Origin: Hydrolagus affinis
Taxonomy: Eukaryota
Assembly (NCBI GenBank): GCA_012026655.1
Contig: JAAILG010000179.1
Span: 1-64,000 of the forward strand
Direction: 5' to 3'
Length of the DNA: 64,000 bases
Shown here: positions 12,250 through 64,000 of the stretch, piece after piece
How positions within the stretch are numbered: the first letter of the stretch is position 1
Layout: each line of letters opens with the position of its first letter
Notes under the pieces: model-generated
Databases searched by the model: none
Told to the model about the DNA's origin: nothing
The model's input: the letters and a program-made list of their open reading frames with translations, nothing else
Position numbers and translations under genes: made by a program

Positions 12250-12918
12250 AATCAGAAAAGACTAGTTTCCAGGTGCAAAAAGTAATCAAAAAGGGTGAAT
12301 GGAAAGGTGGCCTTCATCTTGAGGGGCCTGGAATACAAAGGGAAATAAATTATGTTTCAGCTGTATAGAGGGTTAGTCAGACCCCATCTGGAGTTCAGTT
12401 TCAGACACCACACCTAAGGAAAGATATATTGATTGACCCTAGAGGGGGTGCAGCGTAGCTTCACCAGAATGTTACCAGGCCTTAAATGGTTGTGTTTCCC
12501 CATCTCCCTTGATATCCTGATTTTATTTGATGGTTATGCATAAACATAGATTGCATTCCCTACAAGATTGAGGGTGATTGAGGTGTTTTACGATGATAAA
12601 AGGATTTGATAGAGATGCTATTTCCTCTAGTGGGGTAATCCAAAACAAGGTAACATAGTCTTAAAATTAGAACCAGGCCATTTAAGAGTGAAATCAGGAA
12701 GCATTTTTTCACTCAAAGGGTGGTAGAAATCTGGAACTCGCTCCCCCAAAAGGCTGAATCCAGGTTGATAGATTTTTGGTAGGTCAGGGTATCAAAGGAT
12801 ATGGGGAAACAGCAGGAAATTGGAATTGCCAGGATTAGTTGAGGTACAGATCAGCCATGATCTAATTGAATGGCAGAACAGGCTCAAAGAGCTGAATGGC
12901 CTGCTTCTTTTCCTATGT
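12250..12918 (+). mobile_element. CR1 LINE 3' portion
   Basis: ctggaatacaaa...ttagtcagaccccatctggag...agcattttttcactcaaagggtggtagaaatctggaactc...gctgaatggcct tail. Confidence 0.85.
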
Positions 12919-13219
12919 AATATCTATGACACATTTATTTAAGGATTGTTGTACCTTGAGTTTCAACCTGGACTCTGCGCTTAAGAGTCCTGATGTTTGA
13001 ATCCATTATCTTGTGACCCACAAGCAAGAATGATATATACTGAGCCATGCTGACACCTCTGGGTTGGTGCTTAGAAGTGGAAACCTTTGCTGATTTTTGT
13101 TTCTTCCCAAATGTGAGGATGTAAAGGCAAATTGTAGCCCCAGCTGATGTCAGCTACTGTTGGGCCCTGTGACTTTCCAGGCTGCACTGGGCAATAACAT
13201 TACCTAATAGACTGTTATA

Positions 13220-13343
13220 TCTAACATACTCCAGTTCTGACGAAGAGTTGTGGACCAAAAAGATTGATTCACTTTCCTTTCTCCATAGATGTTGCCCAAC
13301 GGTTTTACCCACTGAGTGTTCCCAGCAACTTCTGCTTTTGTTT
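13220..13343 (+). mobile_element. Single arm of the Penelope-like repeat, 12-bp TSD
   Basis: tagactgttata at 13208-13219 and 13344-13355; contains ccagttCTGACGAag. Confidence 0.75.
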
Positions 13344-13614
13344 TAGACTGTTATACCTCATGTTTACCTTGCCAGAACCATGCTGATTAGGCTTGTTAAG
13401 TGTTATATTTTACGATTGTGCTTTTCCTTGTTTTATGGTGGGAAAAAGGCTATCCTGGGGGAAGAAAGGATTTCTGGTAGAGGGGGAAATGAAAGCTCCA
13501 CTTCATGGCTAAAATCAAACGAATTACTGGTGAATAGAGAAGGTTTAAAAACTACAATAATAAAAATGAAATGAATGAAATAAATTAAAATTTGACTTTG
13601 TTTGACTTGTTTAG

Positions 13615-63194
<49,580 letters not shown>

Positions 63195-63270
63195 GTAATC
63201 ATGCCTTCCTGCCCACCTCTGGGATACATTTGTTGGGTTAGTTTCATTCAATTGGCACCATTCTCACATC

Positions 63271-63575
63271 TGGAATCCTGTAACTCAGTGGTTAGAGCAC
63301 TCGCCTTACAAGCGGGAGAACTGGGTTCAAATCCATGGGGGGTGAAATCTTGGGTACGTTTCTTCATTCCACATGCCTAATAATAATCCCTAAAAACAAA
63401 CAACAAAAAAAAAAATTGGTAATTTCAATCCATGGCTGTTTGTGTGACACTGCTGTGCGCAATTTGGCTGCCACGTTTCATCCACATGTATTCAGTCAAT
63501 TCACTTTACAATGTGAAGCGCTTTCAGATGTCTAGAAAATGTGAAAAGCATATATTAAATGCAAGAATTATTATA
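63271..63575 (+). mobile_element. tRNA-derived SINE, near full length
   Basis: A box taactcagtgg, B box ggttcaaatcc, family body and tail. Confidence 0.87.
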
Positions 63576-63584
63576 AGTTGATAA

Positions 63585-63800
63585 GGGGTTAGCTGGTTAG
63601 CCGAGAGGTAGGATGGGGCAAGGCCATAGAGGGCCTTGAAGGTGACGATGAGAATTTTGAATTCGATCCTCTGAAGGATAGGGAGCTAGTGAAGCCAGGT
63701 GAGGGTGGGTGTATGGGATCACAGAGCCTGTTGCAGGAGAGCGCACAAGCCATAGAGTTCTGGATGATCTGCAGCTTATGGAATGATGAGTTGGAAAGGA
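63585..63800 (-). mobile_element. L2 fragment
   Basis: Reverse complement matches the L2 at 56400-56540 (aggccatagagggccttgaaggtga...ttcgatcctctg). Confidence 0.78.
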
Positions 63801-64000
63801 CGACAAGCAGGGCGTTGGCATAATCTATTTATAGAATGGAGAGTAGTCCAGAGGCTCATTGAGTCCACTCCACAATCCAACTACCATCCAACACTGTTAT
63901 AGTTCTCTCCTGGTTCCTTGCTCTCCCAGGGCAAATAAAACAGATTTATAATTGTGAGCACTCCTAATCTCTCTCAAAATGTGCTTTCTTTTAAATGCCA

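Overview
This is vertebrate genomic DNA, not prokaryotic. The repeat content (tRNA-headed SINEs with L2-type tails, Deu-core and LF-SINE-like relics, L2 and CR1 LINEs, a palindromic Penelope-type repeat) suggests a cartilaginous fish; that is an inference. The window lies inside one + strand gene, SETD5. I traced 21 coding exons from 13615 to 63194 with consistent splice phases (4000 nt, about 1333 codons). I did not find the ATG exon or the last exon, so both probably lie outside the window. Most ORFs in the supplied track are intronic noise or LINE debris. Points of interest: (1) a family of inverted-repeat retroposons with 12-18 bp TSDs whose cross-copy consensus reads as a minimal hammerhead ribozyme; (2) a transposon-poor intronic zone around a 57-nt cassette exon with several candidate poison exons; (3) a GC-AG intron; (4) a half PHD finger; (5) intra-exonic duplications in the C-terminal region; (6) a ~190-bp direct repeat bracketing two SET-domain exons. 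Comparisons with human SETD5/KMT2E and repeat consensuses are from memory, not from a search, and repeat boundaries are approximate.
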